From NCBI GenBank assembly GCA_022771715.1, contig JALELF010000054.1, positions 1 through 39,949 on the forward strand: DNA of 39,949 nt, read 5' to 3'. This document shows positions 30,785 through 39,947 of this stretch, one piece after another. The notes below the pieces were generated by a model. That model saw nothing but the letters and a program-made list of their open reading frames with translations, had not been told where the DNA came from and searched no databases. Source of the DNA: Bacillota bacterium (lineage in GTDB: Bacteria > Bacillota_I > Bacilli_A > RF39 > UBA660). The position numbers and the translations under genes are program-made. Each line of letters starts with the position of its first letter. Within the stretch, counting starts at the first letter, position 1.

Positions 30785-31669
30785 CTAATCTTCCTTTATG
30801 TTCATTACTTCCAAGATTCTATTTAAATCTGCTGTATTAGTATAAGATATTTCTATTTTATGATCTTTTACTTTAACTTTAGAATCTAATTTTTCACTTA
30901 ATAAATCCTCTACATATTTAATATCTTTATCTACTTCTCTTTTTTTTCTTTCGATTTTTATTTTTCTTTCAAAATCAGCACCTTCTGCTAATTTTTCCAC
31001 TTCCCTAACTGGTAAATTATTTGTAACTATTTTATCTGCTAATTCCTTTATTTTTTCATCATCTTCTAACTTACTTAAAACACGAGCATGTCCCATAGTT
31101 ATTTTGTTTTCTTCTAGTAAGTCTTTTACATTATCAGGAAGTCTTAATAATCCTATTATATTAGTAATATGACTTCTACTTTTTCCTACTTTTTTTGCTA
31201 ACTCTTCTTGTGTTAAATGTAATTTATCAAGCATACTTTTATAAGCTGTAGCTTCTTCTATTACATTTAAATTTTCTCTCTGTAAATTTTCTAGTAAAGC
31301 AATTTCCATCATTTGTTCATCAGTAAATGGTCTAATGATAGCTGGTATTTTAGTTAAGCCAGCTTTTTTACTTGCTCTTACTCTTCTTTCACCAGCAATT
31401 ATTTCATAACCTTTAATACTTCTTTTAATAATTATTGGTTGAAACACACCATGTTCTTTAATTGATTCACTTAATTCAGTTAATGCTTCTTCATTAAAAA
31501 CCTTTCTTGGTTGATATGGATTTGGTCTTAACTCATTTAAATTTACTTCTATTACTTCTTCATTAGTAGCTGTTTCATATATTTGTTTTTCGATTGTTTG
31601 TAAGTCTAAATTATCGCTATTAAATAATTGCTCTAAGCCTCTACCTAAAGCTCTTTTTTTAGTTTCCAT
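30785..31669 (-). CDS. parB: Chromosome partitioning protein ParB/Spo0J
   Basis: ALGRGL, PNPYQPR, IIAGERR and ENLQRENL motifs, HTH; ATG at 31669. Confidence 0.96.
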   Translation of the reverse strand: METKKRALGRGLEQLFNSDNLDLQTIEKQIYETATNEEVIEVNLNELRPNPYQPRKVFNEEALTELSESIKEHGVFQPIIIKRSIKGYEIIAGERRVRASKKAGLTKIPAIIRPFTDEQMMEIALLENLQRENLNVIEEATAYKSMLDKLHLTQEELAKKVGKSRSHITNIIGLLRLPDNVKDLLEENKITMGHARVLSKLEDDEKIKELADKIVTNNLPVREVEKLAEGADFERKIKIERKKREVDKDIKYVEDLLSEKLDSKVKVKDHKIEISYTNTADLNRILEVMNIKED

Positions 31670-32444
31670 TTCTATCAATCACTTCCTTTGCTAAATTTAT
31701 ATAAGCCTCAGTACCTCTACTATTTGGATCGTAATATAGTATAGGTTTACCGTGGCTTGGTGCTTCACTAAGTCTTACTAATCTTGGAATTATTGTATCG
31801 TATACTCTTTCTTTAAAATAGCTTTTTATCTCTTCTACTACTTCTAAGCCTAAATTAGTTCTGTTATCTAACATAGTAAGTAAAACACCTTCTATATCTA
31901 AATTAGGATTTAGATTTTTCTGTGCCATCATTATTGTATTAAGTAATTGCATTATTCCTTCTAGAGCAAAGAATTCACATTGTACAGGTATCATAACAGA
32001 ATCTGATGCGGTTAATGCATTTGTAGTTAAAAGTCCTAAAGATGGTGGACAATCTATTATTATGTAATCAAACACTGATTTAACTAAATCTAAATGTTTT
32101 TTTAATTGACCATTTTTAGAAAATCCTTCTACTACTCTACTTCTTTCCATCAATTCAATATCAGCACCCGCCAAACGAATTGTTGCTGGAAGTACATACA
32201 AATTTTTGTATTTTGTTTTAACTATTACATCTTTAATCTCCGCTTCATCTATTAATAAATCATGAATACAATGTTTTACACCAATTTTATCAACGCCTGT
32301 ACCAGTAGTAGTATTTCCTTGCGGATCTAAATCAACTAATAATACTTTTTTCTTTAAAGCTCCTAATGACGCAGCCAAATTTATACTAGTAGTTGTTTTA
32401 CCAACTCCACCTTTTTGATTTACTAACGCTATTATTCTTCCCAT
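31659..32444 (-). CDS. parA: Chromosome partitioning ATPase ParA/Soj
   Basis: NQKGGVGKTT, DLDPQGN, IDCPPSLG and EAPSHG motifs; ATG at 32444. Confidence 0.96.
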   Translation of the reverse strand: MGRIIALVNQKGGVGKTTTSINLAASLGALKKKVLLVDLDPQGNTTTGTGVDKIGVKHCIHDLLIDEAEIKDVIVKTKYKNLYVLPATIRLAGADIELMERSRVVEGFSKNGQLKKHLDLVKSVFDYIIIDCPPSLGLLTTNALTASDSVMIPVQCEFFALEGIMQLLNTIMMAQKNLNPNLDIEGVLLTMLDNRTNLGLEVVEEIKSYFKERVYDTIIPRLVRLSEAPSHGKPILYYDPNSRGTEAYINLAKEVIDRNGN

Positions 32445-32549
32445 GTTATCACCATTCTCTGCTTTTGCTTTCACATAATATTTTATCATATATTTAGAAT
32501 TTAATCTACTTTTTTTGACATATATTATAAATGAAAAAGATGAGGTTAC

Positions 32550-35228
32550 TCATCTTTCATAATTATCTAATTTATCACAATTATTCCAATCATCAGACAT
32601 AGCACAACTTGCGCTTACATCTTTAGATACAATAGCACTACTAATTCTTTCGGCAAGAGTATCTAAATTACTTGGCATATTATCAATAGAAAGACTATCT
32701 CCTCTTAAAAACTTACTCTTACATTCAGTTCCTTCTTTTCCTTTTTCACCATTACAGTATAAATAGAAGTCATCATAATTTGTTTGAGCATTATATTTTC
32801 TTATTTCTTTTATTGAAGCGGAATTAAGAGTAATTGTATACATTGGATCTTTCTTATATACACTATCTCCACTAGTATTTCTATTATTTAATATATACTT
32901 TTGAACATTTTCATTAGTATTTTTACAATCAGTCGTTTTATCCGAATTAATTATACACCAGTTTGAACCTGTATTTCTACCATTACCATCTATTGAAGGG
33001 AATGGACTAGTTAATGATATAGGTCTATATACTATTCTTACACTACCTAAATCGTACTCATCTTCTTTACATCCTTTACTTGGACAATAAGGAGAACCTT
33101 CTTTTACTTCATAATAACAATCATGTAATAATTGATTTTGACCTTCTGTACTTACCAAATCATTATCAGTTAATGAATGATTATAATTTCTAATTGCTGA
33201 TTGATATGCATTATATAAATAGTTTTTATAACCAATAGTTGTTATTTTAATATTTAATCCTTCATACTCTCCACCTGGTGTACTATAGTGTACTGGATAA
33301 TTAGCATGTCCAATATCTATAAATCTATTATATTTCTTATAGTCACCTACTGGCTCGGTTGATATTGATTCTCCACTTGGTAGTTTTACCCATCTATATG
33401 TATTATGATTTAATTCATACTCATAAGTTGCAACAAACACCTTATTATAAGCATAATTCCAATAATCTTTATAAGCTGTAAAGTTTTTAACTGCACAAAC
33501 AGGAGTTAAAATACCCAATTGACAAACAAATAAAGGTATTCCATCATAGCCAATTTTATAAGTACCTGAACCAAAACTATAATTTAAATTAATAGAATCA
33601 GAAATATTAGCTCTTTTAGGAATAATATTACTACTTCCTTTTTGTTCATTAACACGATTAAGTGTCTGTGTATAATTATATGGTGATTTAATATCATTAG
33701 TTCTATTATATTCTAAAGACAAATCAGAATCTAAATAATAATCAAATTTATCTATTTGAGTTTTACAACCTTTTAAAGTTTCAAGTAAATTCATTAATTT
33801 ATTTAATTTATTTTGAAGTTCTTTAGTATTTGTTTTATAACACTTGTTATTTGCCATATAATAGCCTGATGGACAAGTTGTACTTGAAACAGAAGTTTTA
33901 CCAAGATACTTTACATACTCAGGTATTTCAGAAGTAGATAATTCTGAGCCACCTTTTGTACATTTTCTTGTATAATGTTGCCATTCACATGGGGCACTAT
34001 CTTCTTTTTTACTAGAAATCTTACAAGGCGTATTGCCACAGTTTCTATTACAAGTATTAATTTTATCATAAGTCTTATTAGTGGCCTCGCATTTATATGA
34101 TTTAATAGTTTTAGTTGAACAACTAATTTTTTCATATTTACCAGTTACACCATCATTCTGACTAATTGGTTCATTCATATCATTAGTTGTTGTTGTAAAA
34201 TCTTTCTCCCAATGACAACAAATCTTCTCATATTCATATTGATATAGTTTCCTTACTTCATCACCATCTTCAACTCTAGGCGACCAATCAGTAGCAAAAT
34301 ACTCATTTAAATTCCAAGCATCACTTGCGCCAAATCCAGGAATATCATCATCAGAGAAATCTTGAACCATTTGACTAGTAATTACTCCAAATTTATTAGC
34401 GTATGATCCAGTTATATTTTGTTTGGTTGAAAAATAATAAACATATTTAGTATTCATTGCTGTTCCATCATTTTGATTAGGTTGAAACGCAGAATAATCT
34501 GCCCCTATTGTGTCAGCATCATATAATAAGTTTCCATCAATAGAAACACCCTTTTCTTTAAAGCGGTTAATATCACTCGCTCCAATATTAATAACCTTAG
34601 GGTTAGGCGTTCTATCAGAAAGTTTAAGTCCTGATTCATCATCACATTGCGCTCCTATACCACCCTTATATATAACAGATGTAACAATTGTTTTTACTTC
34701 TTCTTCTACATCTTTAAGAGCTTTCTTATAGTCAGCAATCCACTGATCTAAATCAACCTTAGTAGTACAAGATTTAATACCACTAAGCTTAACAGTTAAT
34801 CCATTTATTATATTATTATCATTATTTTTACCAATAGTCCAAGTAAAATTTCCTCCAGAATTAGCTACAGGAGCATATCCAGGAAATTCATAAGTATTTT
34901 TTTCCACACAATAAACAGGACAATACTTATTGTTCTCAAAAGTTGGTTTTATTTTGCTAATAATACTGTTAATATAATCTTTCATATCACTATCTGATAT
35001 ATTATTAAAATAGTCTTCAACACTTGAAAAATCAAAACCATCTTCAGTAATAATATTATCATACATTTCAAAAGATACATCATCTTTTACAATAATTTTT
35101 ACAGGACACTTTGATTCTTTAGTATCAGCGTCATTAGTTTTCTCTTCTGTAACATTAGCACCTAAAACAGTACGAGCGTTAAACAAAAAAAGAAACATAA
35201 AAAATATAATCATCTTATTTTTTTTCAA
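32550..35228 (-). CDS. Large secreted cysteine-rich protein of unknown function
   Basis: TTG start after AGGTGA, N-terminal signal peptide, about 28 Cys, no C-terminal TM or LPXTG anchor. Confidence 0.8.
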   Translation of the reverse strand: MKKNKMIIFFMFLFLFNARTVLGANVTEEKTNDADTKESKCPVKIIVKDDVSFEMYDNIITEDGFDFSSVEDYFNNISDSDMKDYINSIISKIKPTFENNKYCPVYCVEKNTYEFPGYAPVANSGGNFTWTIGKNNDNNIINGLTVKLSGIKSCTTKVDLDQWIADYKKALKDVEEEVKTIVTSVIYKGGIGAQCDDESGLKLSDRTPNPKVINIGASDINRFKEKGVSIDGNLLYDADTIGADYSAFQPNQNDGTAMNTKYVYYFSTKQNITGSYANKFGVITSQMVQDFSDDDIPGFGASDAWNLNEYFATDWSPRVEDGDEVRKLYQYEYEKICCHWEKDFTTTTNDMNEPISQNDGVTGKYEKISCSTKTIKSYKCEATNKTYDKINTCNRNCGNTPCKISSKKEDSAPCEWQHYTRKCTKGGSELSTSEIPEYVKYLGKTSVSSTTCPSGYYMANNKCYKTNTKELQNKLNKLMNLLETLKGCKTQIDKFDYYLDSDLSLEYNRTNDIKSPYNYTQTLNRVNEQKGSSNIIPKRANISDSINLNYSFGSGTYKIGYDGIPLFVCQLGILTPVCAVKNFTAYKDYWNYAYNKVFVATYEYELNHNTYRWVKLPSGESISTEPVGDYKKYNRFIDIGHANYPVHYSTPGGEYEGLNIKITTIGYKNYLYNAYQSAIRNYNHSLTDNDLVSTEGQNQLLHDCYYEVKEGSPYCPSKGCKEDEYDLGSVRIVYRPISLTSPFPSIDGNGRNTGSNWCIINSDKTTDCKNTNENVQKYILNNRNTSGDSVYKKDPMYTITLNSASIKEIRKYNAQTNYDDFYLYCNGEKGKEGTECKSKFLRGDSLSIDNMPSNLDTLAERISSAIVSKDVSASCAMSDDWNNCDKLDNYER

Positions 35229-35317
35229 TCATATCACCTATCTTTAAATAATAATCATTATTAGTATAGCATAGTTTTAATAAAATTTAAAAACTTTTTG
35301 TTCATTTTACGTAAAGA

Positions 35318-35340
35318 AAAAACCGCTTATTGCAGTTTTA
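35318..35340 (-). terminator. Intrinsic terminator after the lipoprotein gene
   Basis: AAAACTGC-AATAA-GCGGTTTT followed by further T. Confidence 0.55.
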
Positions 35341-36123
35341 TCTAACAAAAGTTGGTTTTACTAATTTTTTTTGATAATCAGCACTCATCTTTAATTCTAC
35401 AGTATTATCCTTATCACAAATTGCTTTTTCTTCTTCTGTAACAGTTACAGCATATGGATATAATAAGTTAACATAATGAGATGAGTTAATTCTTTCTCCT
35501 ACTTCATCAAATTCATAAGTGAAAATTCCTCTACCATTTTCTACTTCAATTGTTCTTAAAGAAACATAACTATCTTTAGCAGCAAAATTAGCATTTTCTA
35601 AAGGAATAATATTATCAACAACTCTAAATAATCCTAATTGTTTTAATTCTTCACATTTTTCTTTAGATAAGAAACAAACAAATTGAGTTTTATAATATGT
35701 ATCATCAATAGTTTTTTCTTCAGAATAAATTGGTATTAATAAAGAACCTTTCTTTGAAAGATATAAATGAGCATGATCTTCTTTTATATCACAAACTTCA
35801 TCACTACTGTATTTAACAGGAACAGTTTCATTAGACCATTCATAGTCATCGATAAATGAAGCTTCAGAAGCAAAAACTTTCTTATTGCCATTTTCATCTT
35901 CATAAACATGAGCATGTAATCCTGTCTCTTTACAACCATACATCATAAATTCTTCTTCAAAATATTCATAATCATTTTCATGACCTGTATATTCTATAAC
36001 AGTTGGAGTTACATATTCTACATCACTCTTTTCTGCCTTAACAAGTGCTGGTTTACATCCAGCTAGAGTAAGTGCTAAAAGCCCTGCAAATACCCTATTT
36101 TTTAAATTTTTTTTCTTTTCCAT
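35338..36123 (-). CDS. Putative lipoprotein with two C-x5-HAH(V/L)Y repeats
   Basis: Lipobox LAGC after basic and hydrophobic segments; repeats CKETGLHAHVY and CDIKEDHAHLY; SD GGGAGG. Confidence 0.7.
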   Translation of the reverse strand: MEKKKNLKNRVFAGLLALTLAGCKPALVKAEKSDVEYVTPTVIEYTGHENDYEYFEEEFMMYGCKETGLHAHVYEDENGNKKVFASEASFIDDYEWSNETVPVKYSSDEVCDIKEDHAHLYLSKKGSLLIPIYSEEKTIDDTYYKTQFVCFLSKEKCEELKQLGLFRVVDNIIPLENANFAAKDSYVSLRTIEVENGRGIFTYEFDEVGERINSSHYVNLLYPYAVTVTEEEKAICDKDNTVELKMSADYQKKLVKPTFVR

Positions 36124-36151
36124 AAATCCTCCCTTTTATTTATATGTAAAT

Positions 36152-36198
36152 AAAAAGCAGCAAAAACTAGACAGCATAAAGCTACCATTTTTTACTGC
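36152..36198 (-). terminator. Leader terminator/attenuator hairpin A
   Basis: GCAGTAAAAA...TTTTTGCTGC plus TTTTT, about 30 nt before the lipoprotein ATG. Confidence 0.7.
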
Positions 36199-36202
36199 AA
36201 AC

Positions 36203-36289
36203 TTATTTATTTTCATCACAATAGAAAACCCTATTTATCACTAAATAGTTATATAGACTATGATAATTTTTTAAACAAAGTATTTCCAT
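36203..36289 (-). CDS. Unannotated 28-aa leader peptide A (MEILCLKNYHSLYNYLVINRVFYCDENK)
   Basis: Promoter TTGACA-17 nt-TATTAT (36350-36322), SD GAAGGGG, ATG, and TAA 4 nt before hairpin A. Confidence 0.6.
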   Translation of the reverse strand: MEILCLKNYHSLYNYLVINRVFYCDENK

Positions 36290-36351
36290 ATAAAATCCCC
36301 TTCACATATAAATTGCCATCTATAATAATACAATTTTTTTATTTTGTCAAA

Positions 36352-37089
36352 TTAATTATAATTTTTAAATGATTCTAGTATTTTTTTAATATTTTCTTCA
36401 TTAAATGGTTTATTTAAAACATCAACTATATTATATCTAAATGCCTTATCAATTGTCTCCTTAGTATCATCACCTGTAATAACCGCAACTGGTATTTTAT
36501 AATTATTTTCTTTCAAATAATTTAAAACATCAAAACCATTAAAATTAGGCATAAATAAATCAAGCATTATTCCATATATATTAGGATTTTTTTTAATTAT
36601 TTCGACAGCCTTATTACCATCTTCAGCATTTAATATAGCAAATTCATTACTAATTGCTTTACCTATTAAATTTCTAATAAGCATTGAATCATCAACAATA
36701 AGTATTTTTTCTTTTTTAGAATCATCAGACGAACTATTTAAATACTGTTTAGCTATTTCAATATACTTTTTAGTTTCTTTTTCTAATTTATCATAATTGC
36801 TAAAAACAAAAGAAAAATCATTGTTTTTACCTGCCATTTCATTCTCATATGCTATATCAACTAAACTAGTAAAACCTAAATATCTAGCATCACTTTTAAT
36901 AGAATGAGCATACACCGCATAACTATTCATATCAGAACTTTCCTTACTTTTTAATAATTCGTTTAATTTTTCTGATATAGAATTTAAAAAATCAATCAAA
37001 GTTTCTTCATATGATTTCATATCACCAAACAATTCCAAACTTTTATCTAAATCAACATTATTATCTTTTAATATACTTATGTCTTTCAT
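36352..37089 (-). CDS. HPt-receiver (REC) phosphorelay protein with no output domain
   Basis: HPt motif AHSIKSDARYLG; REC motifs ILIVDDS, MLDLFMP, VITG and NKPF. Confidence 0.88.
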   Translation of the reverse strand: MKDISILKDNNVDLDKSLELFGDMKSYEETLIDFLNSISEKLNELLKSKESSDMNSYAVYAHSIKSDARYLGFTSLVDIAYENEMAGKNNDFSFVFSNYDKLEKETKKYIEIAKQYLNSSSDDSKKEKILIVDDSMLIRNLIGKAISNEFAILNAEDGNKAVEIIKKNPNIYGIMLDLFMPNFNGFDVLNYLKENNYKIPVAVITGDDTKETIDKAFRYNIVDVLNKPFNEENIKKILESFKNYN

Positions 37090-37111
37090 AATAAATCCCT
37101 CTCTTTAATAC

Positions 37112-37160
37112 AAAAAAACAGCAAAATTAGACGGCAAAGCACCTATCAAATTTTACTGTT
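37112..37160 (-). terminator. Leader terminator/attenuator hairpin B
   Basis: ACAGTAAAATT...AATTTTGCTGT plus T run, about 22 nt before the HPt-REC ATG; homologous to hairpin A. Confidence 0.7.
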
Positions 37161-37244
37161 TTATGATTTAAGGGCACAAAAACCTAAGTTTAATGAAAAA
37201 CTTAAATATTCAAATATATATTTTGAATAATATCTTCGTGCCAT
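37161..37244 (-). CDS. Unannotated 27-aa leader peptide B (MARRYYSKYIFEYLSFSLNLGFCALKS)
   Basis: Promoter TTGACA-17 nt-TATGAT (37292-37264), SD AAGGTGA, ATG, and TAA abutting hairpin B. Confidence 0.6.
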   Translation of the reverse strand: MARRYYSKYIFEYLSFSLNLGFCALKS

Positions 37245-37319
37245 ATAATCACCTTACATATCAATCATAAAATATTTATATTATTTTGTCAATAATCAAT
37301 TTTTAAATTTAACAATTGC

Positions 37320-39449
37320 TTAACACTTATTTAAATAAGAATTTATAATATTAATTACATTATTTATTTCATCAATTAAATATTTATAATTATTTTTAAC
37401 AAAAGCTTTATTATCATAATTATCTACTAAATCTTTAGTTATTTTATGTAACTTAGTAAAACCCAAATATCCACAATCACTATTTATTTTTTGTAGAGAG
37501 TTTAAATAATTATCTTTACTTTTAATAACATCAAATTCTTTAACTAATAAATCATTAAAATCAATTAAAGAAGCATTATAAGTAGCAATATCACCAAACA
37601 TTTCTAAATCTACTTTAATACCATTATCTTTTAAAACATTATTTTTTCTAACATATTTAGATAAAACACTTTTTAACTTATCTCGTTCAATTGGTTTAGT
37701 TAAATAATCACTAAAACCAACTTCTAAATATCTGTCACACTTTCCTTCTATCGCATCAGCAGTAAGCGCTACTACTGGTGTAGTAACTGTTTCTCTTAAC
37801 TTTTTCAAAGTTTCAACTCCACCCATTTTAGGCATCATTATATCCATAAAAATAACATCGTATTTATTATTCTTAACTTTATCTAAACATTCGAACCCAC
37901 TCATTACACTATCTATATTAATGTTATAAGCTTTAAATATTTTATCAGCTACCTTAATATTAAGTAAGTTATCATCAACAACTAATACTTTTAATGAACT
38001 AAAATCAGTCACTTCTTCTTTCTTTTCTTCCTTAACAAAAACACTATTTCTTATTTTTTGATTTAAATATACTGTAAAATTAGAACCTTTGCCATACTCA
38101 CTTTGAACAGTTATTTTTCCACCCATTAATTCAACTAATCTTTTAGTAATCGCAAGTCCTAATCCTGTTCCTTCCAAAGTAGTATTTTTATCCTCATCTA
38201 ATCTTTGAAATTTTGTAAACAGTTTATCGATGTTTTCTTTTTTTATTCCTCTTCCCGTATCTTTAACAGATATTATTAAATTAGAATCATCACCTTTATT
38301 AACACAATTAACACTAAATTCAATTGAACCTTCCTCTGTATATTTTATGGCATTAGTAAGTAAATTAGTTACTATTTGTCTTAATTTACCACTATCTCCA
38401 TATAATGTTTCTGGTAAATCAACTGCAAATTGTGTTTTAAATTCAATATTCTTTTCTCCTAATCTTACTTTTGCCAATTTAGTAAGAACATCTAATACTT
38501 CACTAATATGATATTCACTATTAACAATTTCCATTTTATTCGCTTCTATTTTAGAAATATCTAATATACCATTTACTATTTCAAGTAAGGTATGACTAGC
38601 CAAAACAATATTATTAGCGTTTTCTTTAGCTTCTTCCAATGATTTAGCATCATTAATACATTCGCTAAAACCAACTATTGCATTTAATGGTGTTCTTATT
38701 TCATGAGACATGCTTGATAAAAAATCCGTCTTAGCATGATTTGCTTTTTCTGCCTGATCCTTAGCAAGCTCTAATTGATTTATTAATTTCATATCTGGAT
38801 TTTCGATTGTAAAAAACATAACTAAGTTATCAATTGTTAAACCAATTGAAATACAAATAATAAATGGGTTTCTTGAAAAAAGAAGTGCGATTGAAATAGC
38901 TGTTATAAGAATCATAAATACTGGAAAATGTTTTTTAGTTATATTTTTTATGTTCATTAAGACTATTAACAAAGCAAACATAATATAAGATACACAAGCA
39001 ATAATTGAAATATTAACTGCGTCTCCTTGAGCAGTTTGTCTTAAACTATCAAGCAAAACAATATTAATATCAGCTTTTAAAACAATTAAATAAACAAATA
39101 TATCAATAATTATTACTAGCCATGTCATTATTTTTAAATTTTTATTAAAGTTTTTCCTTTTTTCATATGTAATAATATATATATACAAAAATAAAGAAGA
39201 AGACCAAATAATTAAGAATAAATAATCAAGTTTATTTAATATGATTACTAACAACTCATTATAATTGGTATAGACATTAAAAAACAAGGAACTAACTAAA
39301 AGGCTATCAAAAAATATCGAAATAAGCATAATAGAATATAGTTTATTTTCTAACAAATTAACACGTTCTTTAGAAAAATATACAATTAATATTATTAAAG
39401 ATAATACTAACGCAATTACTGGCATATACAAATTTGGCATAAACAACAC
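37320..39449 (-). CDS. Membrane-integral hybrid sensor histidine kinase (multi-TM, HisKA, HATPase, REC, degenerate HPt)
   Basis: About 7 N-terminal TM helices; H-box MSHEIRTPLN; N/G boxes NLLTNAIKYT, DTGRGI and GTGLGL; REC motifs VDDN, FMDIMMP and TKP. The start may be ATG at 39440. Confidence 0.92.
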   Translation of the reverse strand: MLFMPNLYMPVIALVLSLIILIVYFSKERVNLLENKLYSIMLISIFFDSLLVSSLFFNVYTNYNELLVIILNKLDYLFLIIWSSSLFLYIYIITYEKRKNFNKNLKIMTWLVIIIDIFVYLIVLKADINIVLLDSLRQTAQGDAVNISIIACVSYIMFALLIVLMNIKNITKKHFPVFMILITAISIALLFSRNPFIICISIGLTIDNLVMFFTIENPDMKLINQLELAKDQAEKANHAKTDFLSSMSHEIRTPLNAIVGFSECINDAKSLEEAKENANNIVLASHTLLEIVNGILDISKIEANKMEIVNSEYHISEVLDVLTKLAKVRLGEKNIEFKTQFAVDLPETLYGDSGKLRQIVTNLLTNAIKYTEEGSIEFSVNCVNKGDDSNLIISVKDTGRGIKKENIDKLFTKFQRLDEDKNTTLEGTGLGLAITKRLVELMGGKITVQSEYGKGSNFTVYLNQKIRNSVFVKEEKKEEVTDFSSLKVLVVDDNLLNIKVADKIFKAYNINIDSVMSGFECLDKVKNNKYDVIFMDIMMPKMGGVETLKKLRETVTTPVVALTADAIEGKCDRYLEVGFSDYLTKPIERDKLKSVLSKYVRKNNVLKDNGIKVDLEMFGDIATYNASLIDFNDLLVKEFDVIKSKDNYLNSLQKINSDCGYLGFTKLHKITKDLVDNYDNKAFVKNNYKYLIDEINNVINIINSYLNKC

Positions 39450-39497
39450 TTCCTATACTAAAAAAATTATATAATAAAAAAAAGAAGAAAACAATAT

Positions 39498-39947
39498 CTA
39501 TTTCTTCTTATAGGTCTTATTTTCTAACCAAGGCATTACTTCTATTTCATCTTTAATTAAAGAATCCTTATAAACAGTAGTAGATTCTGGTTCTAAATAG
39601 AAATACTTTGTAGCTGTAATAGTATCATTAATATAATCATCCCAAGCTTCATACATGTTTTTACCATTTTTCATATATGAATAATCAGGATATTTTTCAA
39701 ACATATCATATTTTTCTAAAGCCATAACATCCCTTACTTTAGATACCATAACTTCTTTTCTTATCATACTAATTCTAGAAATTATTTTAGATACTTCTTT
39801 TATAGTTAACTTTATATCATCAGGTATATCTTTATATAATATAATATCTTGCAAGCCTAAAAATATATTATGAGCGTTTTGTTCTATTTCGTCAATATTT
39901 AAATTATTACTAATAATTATTTGTTTTAATTCTAATAAGCTATTTTT
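39498..39947 (-). CDS. Hypothetical protein, C-terminal part (runs off the window)
   Basis: The frame of the 118-aa track ORF stays open to the window edge; no recognisable motif. Confidence 0.6.
   Translation of the reverse strand, partial: KNSLLELKQIIISNNLNIDEIEQNAHNIFLGLQDIILYKDIPDDIKLTIKEVSKIISRISMIRKEVMVSKVRDVMALEKYDMFEKYPDYSYMKNGKNMYEAWDDYINDTITATKYFYLEPESTTVYKDSLIKDEIEVMPWLENKTYKKK

Noticed and set aside
36203-37244. Leader peptides as AgrD-type cyclic autoinducers
   Set aside because: They lack the Cys-x4 ring followed by an acidic, Pro-containing tail, and no agrB or LytTR regulator is in the window. Kept only as a weak alternative.
2952-38511. Short plus-strand and alternate-frame ORFs in the track (e.g. 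2952-3323, 3058-3288, 8936-9163, 16712-17020, 25051-25251, 33911-34135, 38230-38511)
   Set aside because: They overlap well-supported minus-strand genes or the S10 leader and show no recognisable motifs; they are shadow ORFs.
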